Shown here in pieces: positions 20,015-29,437 of a stretch of 64,000 nt of DNA. The stretch is from an uncultured Clostridia bacterium. GTDB taxonomy: Bacteria > Bacillota > Clostridia > TANB77 > CAG-508. The notes beneath the pieces were generated by a model. That model was given only the letters and a program-made list of their open reading frames with translations, was not told the origin of the DNA and did not search any database. Location of the stretch: contig CAKPDN010000003.1 of NCBI GenBank assembly GCA_934149005.1, forward strand, positions 49,544-113,543. Direction: 5' to 3'. The position numbers were made by a program, and so were the translations under genes. How positions within the stretch are numbered: position 1 is the stretch's first letter; each line of letters begins with the position of its first letter.

Positions 20015-20521
20015 ATGTTCAGCACAATGATTGAGAATCGGATAACAGGATTTGAATTTTATCCTGAATTCGAAAAAGATGATGGCGTAGAACTACTAAA
20101 GGCACTAAAAATTGAATTTTTAGAGAAAGGAAGGGTAATATCTGAAACAACAATTGAAAATGTAAAAAAGGAAGAAGCTGAAAGATTACAGGAACAATTG
20201 CTCTATAATGTAATAATGAATTTAAACATTACAAAGGATCGAAATGAAGCCGAGAAACTTGCAAAAAAAGCCAAAACGTTGGGGATTGTTAATATGTTTA
20301 AAATCCAAAGTTGCGGAGAAAATGGTATTGTAATAGACTTTATTAAGAGCGGTAGTTTTGCTGTAAGCTCTCAGATTACAAATGTATCTGAATCAGAATT
20401 AAAAGTGATTGAAGATATACTTTCAGATAACACAGAAACCAACTTGAAATGTACTAGACAGTGCGAAGCTGTTACTTTTCTTGATTTGTTAGCAGTGATT
20501 GATCAAAGAACTAATAAATAG
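20015..20521 (+). CDS. Hypothetical protein (168 aa)
   Basis: RBS aaggaggg. Followed by a GC-rich terminator (ggcccagcaggtcaatgattttttcattgacctgctt). Confidence 0.55.
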   Translation: MFSTMIENRITGFEFYPEFEKDDGVELLKALKIEFLEKGRVISETTIENVKKEEAERLQEQLLYNVIMNLNITKDRNEAEKLAKKAKTLGIVNMFKIQSCGENGIVIDFIKSGSFAVSSQITNVSESELKVIEDILSDNTETNLKCTRQCEAVTFLDLLAVIDQRTNK

Positions 20522-20618
20522 GCCCAGCAGGTCAATGATTTTTTCATTGACCTGCTTTTTATAATAAAAATTTGAGATTTCAAAGCTCTTCTCTTTTTTG
20601 TAATTTTAAAATTAAAAT

Positions 20619-20807
20619 TTAATTAAATAAATTTCTTTCATATAAATCTTCTATATACACATCTTTTTCTTCAAAATTATCAACAAAACCAACCTTCACA
20701 ATATCGTTAGAATCATCTATTCCTTGAATCCATACAGGTCTATCATTATAAAAAATATCACATTTTTCCTTGTTATCTAAAATAGAATGAACTCGTTTTA
20801 AATCCAT
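20619..20807 (-). CDS. sspH: Small acid-soluble spore protein, H-type (SspH family)
   Basis: MDLKRVHSILDNKEKCDIFYNDRPVWIQGIDDSNDIVKV. It is the same size as B. subtilis SspH (MNIQRAKEL...VTYQGTPVYIQHVNEENGTARI) and follows its pattern. Confidence 0.6.
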   Translation of the reverse strand: MDLKRVHSILDNKEKCDIFYNDRPVWIQGIDDSNDIVKVGFVDNFEEKDVYIEDLYERNLFN

Positions 20808-20957
20808 AAAAATCCCTCCTAAATATTTTAATAAAATTATATCCAGAATAAAATAAAATATAACTAATAATTATAATTTTATTAATTGTTAATAAGTATA
20901 CATAAAAAGTTGAAATAATCTTTTCAATATGGTATAATTTAACATAGGTGATGTTTA

Positions 20958-23048
20958 ATGGAAAAATATGAAGAAATAGATTTTAAAAAAATTTTTAGTA
21001 TAATGCTTACTAATAAAATATTAATAATTTTAATTTTATTACTAAGTATAGTACTAGGATATTTTTATTCATATTATTATAAAAGACCTGAATATAAATC
21101 AACAGTAACAATGTTATTAAGTGTTAATGAAGAAAAGAACAGTAAAGAATTAACGCAAACAGATTTAACTTTAAATTCGAGTTTAATATCTACATATACT
21201 AGTATTATTAAAAGTACAAGTGTTATAGCTAAAACAATAGAAAATTTAGGATTAAATATATCAGTTGAAAACCTTCAAAAGGATATAGAAGTAATACAAG
21301 TAAAAAATACGCAATTTTTAAAAGTATCTGTAAAAAACAATAAACCGGAAGTGTCAAAAAATATAGCAAATGAATTAGTTAAAGTATTTGCAGAACAGAT
21401 AAAAGAAATATATAAAATACAAAATATAAATATAATAGATGAAGCAGAGATTGAAAATAAACCATGTAATGTAAATCATATTAAGGATATATGCATATCA
21501 GGAACATTAGGAGTATTTGTATCAATATTATTAATAATGTTTATATATTTATTTGATGATACTATAAAAGATGAAAAAGATTTAGAAGCACAATTAAAAC
21601 TAATGAACATTGGAGTGTTACCTTTAGATAATGAAAACAAGAAACTAATAACAGAAAGTAGTCCAAAATCAAATGTAGTAGAAGCAATTAAAACGATAAG
21701 AACAAATATATTGTATTCAACAAGGAAAAAGACAATTTTATTGACAAGTTGCAATTCTAGTGAAGGAAAAAGTTGGATTACAGATAATTTATCAGTAGCT
21801 TTTTCCAAAGCAGGTAAAAAAGTGATTTTAGTAGATACAAATTTAAGAAAAGAAAGCAATAAAAGTGAAATATTTGAAATAGAAAAAGGAGAAGGCTTAT
21901 CAGACTTTATTAAGGAAATAACAGATAATGATGAAGAAAACTTAGAAAAAGCAAGAAAATATATTAAAGAAACCAATATACCAAATTTACATGTATTGCA
22001 AAAAGGAACTATACCACCTAATCCATCAGAATTAATATCATCAAATAATATGAAAAAATTATTAAATTTACTAAAAAATATGTATGATTTAATTTTATTA
22101 GATGGTACACCATGTATGTTAATATCAGATAGTTTGGCATTATCAGCAATGTCAGATAGTACAATTATAGTAGTAGAAAATAAAAAGACAAAAATGAAGG
22201 ATTTAAAAAAAGTTAAGAAATTAATAGAAGAAGTTAACGGAAAAATTTTGGGAACAATAATAAATAAATCTGAAGTAAAAAAAGGTAAATATTATGGAAA
22301 AAAATATGGATATTATTATGGAAAAGATAATAACGAAGTAGAAAAAGTGGAGAAAAGACAAAAAATAATTTCATTAGAGAAAATTATAGAAATGGCAAGA
22401 CAAAACATAAATGAAAAACAGGAAATAAATGAAGAACCAAATGAAAACAAAGAAAAAATTGAAAACAATCAAGTTGAAACTGAAGAAAATAAAGAATATT
22501 ATGTAAAATTACAAAAGCTAGAAAATAAGTGTGAAGAAAACTTTGAAGTAATTATGAAAAAAATTATGAAAGAAGTAAATCAATTAAATGATGAAATTGA
22601 AAATCTTAGAAAGATACAATGTGTTGAAAATACTAATATTTTAAACAAAATAGGAAATATAAGCTATGAAGAAGAAATAGCGAAATTAAATGAAAAAATA
22701 GAAAATATAAATTACGAAGAAGAACTAGTAAAATTAAATGAAAAGATAGAAAATATAAATTACGAGGAAGAACTAGTAAAATTAAATGAAAAGATAGAAA
22801 GCATGAATTATAAAGAAGAAATAGAAGATGCAAGTCAAGAAAAAGATGAAATGAAAAAAATTTTGAAAAATGAAGAAAAGAAAGCGAACAATATAATAAG
22901 TTTTGAAGCATTTAAACATAAGAGAAAAAAGAATAAAAAAGTATTTCCAATAAATGAAACTATATCTTATGATGATTTACAAAGATTATCTACATATGTT
23001 ATAGATTTAAATGAGGACATACCTTTAAATATTGCATTAAGTGAATAA
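20958..23048 (+). CDS. Wzz-like chain-length determinant fused to a BY-type tyrosine kinase (CpsC-CpsD/CapA-CapB-like), with a C-terminal repeat-containing coiled-coil extension
   Basis: N-terminal TM plus Wzz region, a second TM, then a Walker A kinase domain (TSCNSSEGKSWITDNLSVAFSKAGKKVILVD, ILLDGTP). It has a Lys/Glu-rich tail. Confidence 0.7.
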   Translation: MEKYEEIDFKKIFSIMLTNKILIILILLLSIVLGYFYSYYYKRPEYKSTVTMLLSVNEEKNSKELTQTDLTLNSSLISTYTSIIKSTSVIAKTIENLGLNISVENLQKDIEVIQVKNTQFLKVSVKNNKPEVSKNIANELVKVFAEQIKEIYKIQNINIIDEAEIENKPCNVNHIKDICISGTLGVFVSILLIMFIYLFDDTIKDEKDLEAQLKLMNIGVLPLDNENKKLITESSPKSNVVEAIKTIRTNILYSTRKKTILLTSCNSSEGKSWITDNLSVAFSKAGKKVILVDTNLRKESNKSEIFEIEKGEGLSDFIKEITDNDEENLEKARKYIKETNIPNLHVLQKGTIPPNPSELISSNNMKKLLNLLKNMYDLILLDGTPCMLISDSLALSAMSDSTIIVVENKKTKMKDLKKVKKLIEEVNGKILGTIINKSEVKKGKYYGKKYGYYYGKDNNEVEKVEKRQKIISLEKIIEMARQNINEKQEINEEPNENKEKIENNQVETEENKEYYVKLQKLENKCEENFEVIMKKIMKEVNQLNDEIENLRKIQCVENTNILNKIGNISYEEEIAKLNEKIENINYEEELVKLNEKIENINYEEELVKLNEKIESMNYKEEIEDASQEKDEMKKILKNEEKKANNIISFEAFKHKRKKNKKVFPINETISYDDLQRLSTYVIDLNEDIPLNIALSE
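22663..22830 (+). repeat. 48-bp tandem repeat (about 3.4 copies) encoding the 16-aa unit NYEEELVKLNEKIENI inside the kinase gene
   Basis: Copies at 22663-22710, 22711-22758 and 22759-22806, plus a partial copy. Confidence 0.85.
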
Positions 23049-23189
23049 TAATATAAAATGTGTTAAAGATAGATTTATTAAAATTGTAAAATTTTATAAG
23101 TCTATTTTTTGACAATTTAATAGTTGACAAAAAGGAAAAAATACATGATAATATGTAAGATAAAATAAATAAAAAATGGAAGAAAAAAG

Positions 23190-24218
23190 ATGAATAAAAA
23201 AACTAAAAAAACAGTAAAAAATTTAATAATATTTATATTGTTAATAATACTAACATTCTATATAATTTTAAAAGATCAAGATGTAACAGAAATATTTAAA
23301 GTATTAGAAGATGTAAAAATACTATATATATTAATAGCAATAATATGTATGCTTATTTATATAATTTGTGAAGCAATAAATATAAGAAGAACATTAAAAG
23401 TGTTAGGGGAAGAAACAACACTAATAAGTAGTGTAAAATATGCATTAATAGGATTTTTCTTTAGTAGTATAACACCAGCAGCAAGTGGAGGACAGCCAAT
23501 GCAAATATATTATATGTATAAAGATAAAATTTCAGTAGCACATTCAACATTAGCACTACTAATAAATTTAAGTAGTATGCAAATAGTAACAATATCAATT
23601 GCATTAATAAGTATAATGTTCAATCATCATTACTTAAATCAAACTTTAATAATACTCTTTATATTGGGAATATCATTAAATGCAAGTGCACTTACATTGT
23701 TACTAATAGCAATTTTTTCTAAAAGATTGCTAAATAAATTAATTGATTTTGCAATAAAAATAATGAAAAAATTTAAAATAAAAAATATTGAAGAAAAGCA
23801 AATGAAGATAGAAGCAGAAGTTAGTAAATATCAAAATAGTAGTGATTATATTAAAAATAATAAATTTGTTATTTTTAATATAATTCTAACAACATATATT
23901 CAATTTATATTATTTTATAGTGTATCATATTGGGTATATTGTTCATTTGGATTAAATGAATACAATATTATGCAAATAGTATCAATTCAAGCTATTTTAT
24001 TTGCAACAGTATCAGGTATACCATCACCTGGAGCAGTAGGAGTAACAGAAGGTGGCTATATAGAAATATTTAAAACAATAATACCAAATAATATAATAAA
24101 TAGTGCAATGCTACTAAATAGAGGAATAAATTTTTATTTACTGGTAATTCTTAGTGGAATTGTAACTTTAATAAATATGACAAAAACGAAAAAAATGTTG
24201 AAAAAAAACGAATTATAA
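23190..24218 (+). CDS. Flippase-like membrane protein (UPF0104 / lysylphosphatidylglycerol-synthase-TM-region family, YbhN-like)
   Basis: Multi-TM protein with SSITPAASGGQPMQIYYM and a GxPSPGAVGVTEGG motif, characteristic of this family. Preceded by a promoter-like ttgacaaaaagg...tgataatat. Confidence 0.6.
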   Translation: MNKKTKKTVKNLIIFILLIILTFYIILKDQDVTEIFKVLEDVKILYILIAIICMLIYIICEAINIRRTLKVLGEETTLISSVKYALIGFFFSSITPAASGGQPMQIYYMYKDKISVAHSTLALLINLSSMQIVTISIALISIMFNHHYLNQTLIILFILGISLNASALTLLLIAIFSKRLLNKLIDFAIKIMKKFKIKNIEEKQMKIEAEVSKYQNSSDYIKNNKFVIFNIILTTYIQFILFYSVSYWVYCSFGLNEYNIMQIVSIQAILFATVSGIPSPGAVGVTEGGYIEIFKTIIPNNIINSAMLLNRGINFYLLVILSGIVTLINMTKTKKMLKKNEL

Positions 24219-24259
24219 TATATAATGCATAAAACAATGAAAAAAATAGGGGAAAAATT

Positions 24260-25102
24260 ATGAATATACTTTTATGTGGAAATGCAAAAGTTTTTGATGG
24301 AGCACTTACAGAACTTATATCAATTACAAATAAAACAAAAGAAATAGTAACATGTTATATTTTTACAATGGAACTTACAAGAATAAAACAAGAATATATA
24401 TCAATAAAAGATGAGCAAATAGAATTTTTAAATAAGGTAGTAAAAACAAAAAATCCAGAAAATAAAGTAATAAAAATAGATGTTACAGATTTGTATGAAA
24501 AGGAATTTAAAAACTGTAAGAATGAAAGTGCATATTGCACACCATATACATTATTAAGATTATTATCTGACTTAGTACCAGAAATACCAGATAAAATATT
24601 ATATTTAGATATTGATATGATGGCAGGAGATGATATATCAAAATTATATAATATAGATATAACTGATTATGAATATGCTGCAGTAAAAGAAAAATATGGT
24701 TCAGTATTTTTATATCCAGATTATATAAATGCTGGAATGCTATTATTGAATATGAAAAAAATAAAAGAGACAAGACTTTTAGAAAAAGCAAGAAATTTAA
24801 TAAAAAACAAAAAAATGTTATTTGCAGATCAGGATGCAATTTATTATTCAACAACCAAAAAATTATTATTACCAAGAATATATAATGAACAATCAAAATT
24901 TAATAAAAAGGATACGGTGATTTGTCATTTTTGTAAAAGACTTTTAGTTTGGCCATATCCACGTATAGAAAATTATAAGCAATGGCATATAAAAGAAGTT
25001 CATGAAATACTAAAATGCTATGCATTTGATGATGATTTAAATGAATATATGGAATTTAAAAAAGAATATGAAATAAGAGAGGGAGAAAAAATAAATGAAT
25101 AA
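24260..25102 (+). CDS. Glycosyltransferase family 8
   Basis: DxD (YLDIDMMAGDD) and NAGMLLLNM motifs. Confidence 0.65.
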   Translation: MNILLCGNAKVFDGALTELISITNKTKEIVTCYIFTMELTRIKQEYISIKDEQIEFLNKVVKTKNPENKVIKIDVTDLYEKEFKNCKNESAYCTPYTLLRLLSDLVPEIPDKILYLDIDMMAGDDISKLYNIDITDYEYAAVKEKYGSVFLYPDYINAGMLLLNMKKIKETRLLEKARNLIKNKKMLFADQDAIYYSTTKKLLLPRIYNEQSKFNKKDTVICHFCKRLLVWPYPRIENYKQWHIKEVHEILKCYAFDDDLNEYMEFKKEYEIREGEKINE

Positions 25103-26024
25103 GGAATTAAATGTAATACCAGTTTTTTATGCTGTTGATGATAATTATATAGCAATTTTAGGAACATCAATAAAATCTCTAATAGAAAATAGTTCAAAAG
25201 AAAATAAATATGAGATTAAAATATTATATACGAGTGTGTCAGAAAAAAATATAGATAGAATAAAAAAACTTGAACAAGAAAATGTTAGTATAGAATTTGT
25301 AAATGTAAGTGAGCAACTAAAAGAAATTGATTCAAAACTTTATACACGTAACTATTTTTCAAAGACAACATATTTTAGATTATATATACCAGAAATTTAT
25401 CCACAATATGATAAGGCTGTATATATAGATAGTGATACAATAGTTATAACAGACATTGCAAATTTATATAATGAAGATATTGGAAATAATTTATTAGGAG
25501 CAATACCAGATGGTGCAATTCAAGCAATACCAGTATTACAAGAATACGTAGAGAAAGTCGTTGGTGTTGTGGATTATAATAATTATTTTAATGCAGGAAT
25601 TCTTTTAATGAACTTAAAAGGATTAAGGGAATATAAACTACAAGAAAAATTCTTATATTTATTAGAAAAAATAAAATTTGAAGTTGCACAAGATCAAGAT
25701 TACTTAAACAGAATATGCAAAGGGAGAGTTAAATTATTAGACTTTGCTTGGAATAGAATGCCGGTTATGGGCGGAGAAGATAAGGAAATAAAAATAGTGC
25801 ATTATAATTTAGGATTTAAACCATGGTATTTTGATAATGTATTATTTCAAGAATATTTTTGGAAATATGCTAAGCAAACAGAATTCCTTGATCAAATAAA
25901 AGAAATGGGTAAAAACTACACAGAAGCGGACAAAGAAAGAGATGATGCAAGTAGTGTAAAACTTATAGAATTAGCTAAGAAAGAAGCCGATTGTGTAGGT
26001 GATGATAGAATAAATAGGAGATAG
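25095..26024 (+). CDS. Glycosyltransferase family 8
   Basis: YIDSDTIV, NAGILLMNL and HYNLGFKPW motifs. Overlaps the previous gene by 8 nt. Confidence 0.7.
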   Translation: MNKELNVIPVFYAVDDNYIAILGTSIKSLIENSSKENKYEIKILYTSVSEKNIDRIKKLEQENVSIEFVNVSEQLKEIDSKLYTRNYFSKTTYFRLYIPEIYPQYDKAVYIDSDTIVITDIANLYNEDIGNNLLGAIPDGAIQAIPVLQEYVEKVVGVVDYNNYFNAGILLMNLKGLREYKLQEKFLYLLEKIKFEVAQDQDYLNRICKGRVKLLDFAWNRMPVMGGEDKEIKIVHYNLGFKPWYFDNVLFQEYFWKYAKQTEFLDQIKEMGKNYTEADKERDDASSVKLIELAKKEADCVGDDRINRR

Positions 26025-26028
26025 TTTT

Positions 26029-27012
26029 ATGAATACAAGAAGGAAATTAAAGGGCAATAAAGAAAAGAGAAATTTAACAGATATAAAAAATATATTAATA
26101 AGAAAAGAAAATACTGAAAAAAACAAAAGTATAGAAAATGAAAAACAAGTATCAATAAAAAAATCACAAAACAGATTAGATGTACTAAAAAAAATAGAAA
26201 AACTAGAAATGGAAGGAAAATTTGATATTGATGTTGAAGAAGACCCACCAACAATAGTACTAACTCCTGAAAATATAGATTATTTAAGAACAACAATGAC
26301 TAGCAAAATAAAAAGAATATTTGCAAATGAAGTTGGAGAAAGATTTTTAGACAATTTATTAAAAAATAATAAATTAATTATAAAACAAATAAATGGACTT
26401 GAAAATTTAACCAAAATACAAACAGGAGCAATTATAACATGTAATCATTTTAATCCATTTGATTGTTTTACAATAGAAAAAACATTTAGATTATCTGGGC
26501 AAGCAAAAACAAAAAAATTACATAAAGTAATAAGAGAAGGTAATTATACTAATTTTCCAGGACTTTATGGATTTTTATTTAGAAACTGTGACACTTTACC
26601 ATTAAGTTCAAATAAAAGAACGATGGTAGAATTTATGAAAGCGGTAGACACACTGTTACAAAAAGGTGATTTTATATTAATATACCCAGAACAAAGTATG
26701 TGGTGGAATTATAGAAAACCAAAGCCACTAAAACATGGAGCATTTAAAATTGCAACTAGAAACAATGTTCCAATTATACCAATATTTATAACAATGAATG
26801 ATAGTAATATAATAGGAGAGGATGGATTCCCTATTCAAGAATATACTGTAAATATAGCAGAACCAATTTATCAAGATAAAAATTTAACACAAAGAGAAAA
26901 TACAGAACAAATGTTAAATAAAAATTTTGAAATTTGGAAAAATATATATGAAGAATTTTACGGAATATCACTTGAATATACAACTAAAAAGGAAACTATG
27001 ATAAATGAATAA
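26029..27012 (+). CDS. Lysophospholipid (PlsC-like) acyltransferase
   Basis: HX4D motif (CNHFNPFD) and a YPEQS block. Confidence 0.6.
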   Translation: MNTRRKLKGNKEKRNLTDIKNILIRKENTEKNKSIENEKQVSIKKSQNRLDVLKKIEKLEMEGKFDIDVEEDPPTIVLTPENIDYLRTTMTSKIKRIFANEVGERFLDNLLKNNKLIIKQINGLENLTKIQTGAIITCNHFNPFDCFTIEKTFRLSGQAKTKKLHKVIREGNYTNFPGLYGFLFRNCDTLPLSSNKRTMVEFMKAVDTLLQKGDFILIYPEQSMWWNYRKPKPLKHGAFKIATRNNVPIIPIFITMNDSNIIGEDGFPIQEYTVNIAEPIYQDKNLTQRENTEQMLNKNFEIWKNIYEEFYGISLEYTTKKETMINE

Positions 27013-27784
27013 TAAAAAGACAATTTATTATGAAGATGAATTAAATGATGAATTTTCAACAGTAAAAATTATACCAAGAAAAATAGATGAGAATTATAAA
27101 TATATACACAAAAACGTAATATGGAATGCATGTGCATTCATTTTACAAAATGTATTAAGTCTTCCAATAAAATATTTATATGCTAAAATAAAATTCAAAA
27201 ATAAAATTATAGGAAAAGAAAAATTAAAGAAATATAAAAAACAAGGATATTTTATATATGGAAATCATACACAAGCATTTGCAGATACATTTTTAATAAG
27301 CAATAGTGTATTCCCAAAAATAAATTATTTAATAGTGAATCCAGAAAATGTATCTATGAAATTTTTAGGAAATGTTGTACAAATGTTAGGAGCAATACCA
27401 ATACCAAGCAATAAAGAAGCAATGAAAAATTTTTTAGAAACAATAGAAAAAAGAATAAAAAAAGGATATTCAATAACAATATTTCCAGAAGCACACATAT
27501 GGCCATATTATACAAAAATAAGACCATTTAAATCTGTATCATTTAAGTATCCTGTGAAATTAGGAACACCAACGTTCTGCATGACCAATACATATCAAAG
27601 TTATGGGAAAAATGGGGCTAAAGTAAAAATAGTATCATATATAGATGGTCCTTTTTTTCCAGATGAAAATTTGAATATTAAAGAGCAACAAGACAATTTG
27701 AGAAATAAAGTTTATAATACAATGGTAGAAAGATGTAAAAATAGTAATATTGAAGTAATTAAATACGAGAAAAAAATAGGATAA
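27005..27784 (+). CDS. Lysophospholipid (PlsC-like) acyltransferase
   Basis: GNHTQAFAD (HX4D) and IFPEAH motifs. Overlaps the upstream gene by 8 nt. Confidence 0.6.
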   Translation: MNNKKTIYYEDELNDEFSTVKIIPRKIDENYKYIHKNVIWNACAFILQNVLSLPIKYLYAKIKFKNKIIGKEKLKKYKKQGYFIYGNHTQAFADTFLISNSVFPKINYLIVNPENVSMKFLGNVVQMLGAIPIPSNKEAMKNFLETIEKRIKKGYSITIFPEAHIWPYYTKIRPFKSVSFKYPVKLGTPTFCMTNTYQSYGKNGAKVKIVSYIDGPFFPDENLNIKEQQDNLRNKVYNTMVERCKNSNIEVIKYEKKIG

Positions 27785-27794
27785 GGGGACTAAG

Positions 27795-27899
27795 GGGGAT
27801 TAAGGGGCCACCACATAAAATCCCTCTTTTTTTTTCAAATTTTATTTTTGAATTTTAAAATAAGAAAGAGGGATTTTATGTGGTGGCCCCTTAATCCCC
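27795..27899. repeat. Near-perfect 32-bp inverted repeat pair with an AT spacer; same family as element B (intergenic palindromic element C)
   Basis: ggggattaaggggccaccacataaaatccctc at 27795-27826 and its reverse complement at 27868-27899. About 85% identical to the arms at 10223/10300. The left side carries an extra partial copy (ggggactaag). Confidence 0.8.
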
Positions 27900-27904
27900 T
27901 TATT

Positions 27905-28540
27905 TTATTTTTTATTTTTATAATATTTACAGTACTCTTTAACCGCACAACTAGTACATTTAGGCTTTCTTGCAATACAAGTATTTCTACCATGCCAAAC
28001 AAATAAATGATTAATATCTTTTAGATATTCTTTGGGAAAAATTTTAATTAAATCTTGTTCAATTTTAGAGGGGGTAGATTCTTTAGAAAGACCAATTAAA
28101 TTAGAAATTCTTTTTGCATGTGTATCAACAGCAATACCTTGAGGTTTATTAAAAACTTCTAACATAACTACATTAGCAGATTTTCTGCCAATACCTGCTA
28201 AACTTTGTAAATCTTCCATATTATCAGGGACTATACCACCAAAATTCTCAAGAACTTGTTTTGCACATAATTTAATATTTTTAGCTTTATTTTTATAAAA
28301 ACCACATGGATGAATAAGAGCTTCTAATTCTTTAATATCAATATTAGCGAAATCCTGAATAGTTTTACATCTTTCAAAAAGAGCAGGAGTAGTTTTATTA
28401 ACTCTTTCATCAGTACATTGTGCAGAAAGCATTACAGAAACAACCATTTGAAATGGAGTTTTAAAATCCAAACTGCAAGTTGCATCAGGATAAGTCTTTT
28501 TTAAAATTTCAACAAAATTTATAATATCATTTTTTTTCAT
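27905..28540 (-). CDS. nth: Endonuclease III
   Basis: HhH-GPD fold and the C-terminal 4Fe-4S cluster CIARKPKCTSCAVKEYC. Confidence 0.9.
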   Translation of the reverse strand: MKKNDIINFVEILKKTYPDATCSLDFKTPFQMVVSVMLSAQCTDERVNKTTPALFERCKTIQDFANIDIKELEALIHPCGFYKNKAKNIKLCAKQVLENFGGIVPDNMEDLQSLAGIGRKSANVVMLEVFNKPQGIAVDTHAKRISNLIGLSKESTPSKIEQDLIKIFPKEYLKDINHLFVWHGRNTCIARKPKCTSCAVKEYCKYYKNKK

Positions 28541-28687
28541 ATATAAAACCTCGTTTATAAAATATTTTTTTATATATTATATAAGGTAAAAACATAAAAA
28601 TCAACAATTAAAACAAAAGTAACATAAAAAAGGAACAATAAAACATTTAAATTAATATAATATATAAAAAAAGAAGGAGGTAATAAT

Positions 28688-28837
28688 ATGTTTTGTGCAT
28701 TAAAAAAGACAATAGGAGTTATACTTATAGGAATAGGACTTGGCATATTATTGGTATTATTACTTCCACTTACAGGTTGGCTATTTATAATAGGTGTTGC
28801 TCTTGCATGTGTAGGATTAATGTGGCTTGCTTGTTAA
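28688..28837 (+). CDS. Small hydrophobic membrane protein (49 aa), not in the ORF track
   Basis: Strong RBS aaggaggtaataat-ATG. MFCALKKTIGVILIGIGLGILLVLLLPLTGWLFIIGVALACVGLMWLAC. Confidence 0.4.
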   Translation: MFCALKKTIGVILIGIGLGILLVLLLPLTGWLFIIGVALACVGLMWLAC

Positions 28838-28855
28838 AAAAGGAGGGTATTACAT

Positions 28856-28930
28856 ATGACTATAGTTGTTAAAAAAGTTCCAAAATTTTTACGAGGATTT
28901 GTAAAATTGATTTTTGGAATTAAAGATTAA
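28856..28930 (+). CDS. spoVM: Stage V sporulation protein M (24 aa), not in the ORF track
   Basis: MTIVVKKVPKFLRGFVKLIFGIKD versus B. subtilis SpoVM MKFYTIKLPKFLGGIVRAMLGSFRKD. RBS aaaggagggtattacat-ATG. It lies next to rpmB, as in Bacillus. Confidence 0.65.
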   Translation: MTIVVKKVPKFLRGFVKLIFGIKD

Positions 28931-29015
28931 ATTTTTGTAAAGCAAATTTCTGTATAATGTATTTATATTATGGGAATTTTAGAGGACTTTCCTACAATAT
29001 AAATAAAAAAAGAGC

Positions 29016-29216
29016 TTATGCTCTTTTTATTTTACCATCTTTTAAACATTTTGCACAAACGTGAATTCTTTTTGTTTCACCATTTTCCATTATAGCTTTA
29101 ACACTTCTTAAATTTGGTTTCCAAGTTCTTGGACTTCTTTTACTTATATGTGAACGAGTAATGCTAAGCTTATTTCCATTACTTTGTGATTTACCACAAA
29201 CTGCACATTTAGCCAT
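29016..29216 (-). CDS. rpmB: 50S ribosomal protein L28
   Basis: MAKCAVCGK...KRIHVCAKCLK; 66 aa. A terminator hairpin lies at about 28995-29015. Confidence 0.9.
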   Translation of the reverse strand: MAKCAVCGKSQSNGNKLSITRSHISKRSPRTWKPNLRSVKAIMENGETKRIHVCAKCLKDGKIKRA

Positions 29217-29437
29217 TATCTTTGCACCTCCTAAATTTTTAAAATAAATTGACTGCTAATAAGTTTATCATAAAAAAATAAAAAAAACAAGTATTTTTTT
29301 AAAATTACTAAAAAAACCTTGCAAAATAGGAAAAATATGGTATAATATATAAGCTATTAAATTTACATTGTAGCATAAAACAGTTTGCCAGACTATATTT
29401 GGCAAAAGATGAACAAATTGAAAGGATGAATATAAAA

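Noticed and set aside
22663-22830. Regular 48-bp repeats that could be mistaken for a CRISPR-like array
   Set aside because: The repeats are contiguous with no spacers and lie in frame within a coding sequence (a 16-aa coiled-coil unit). No cas genes are present.
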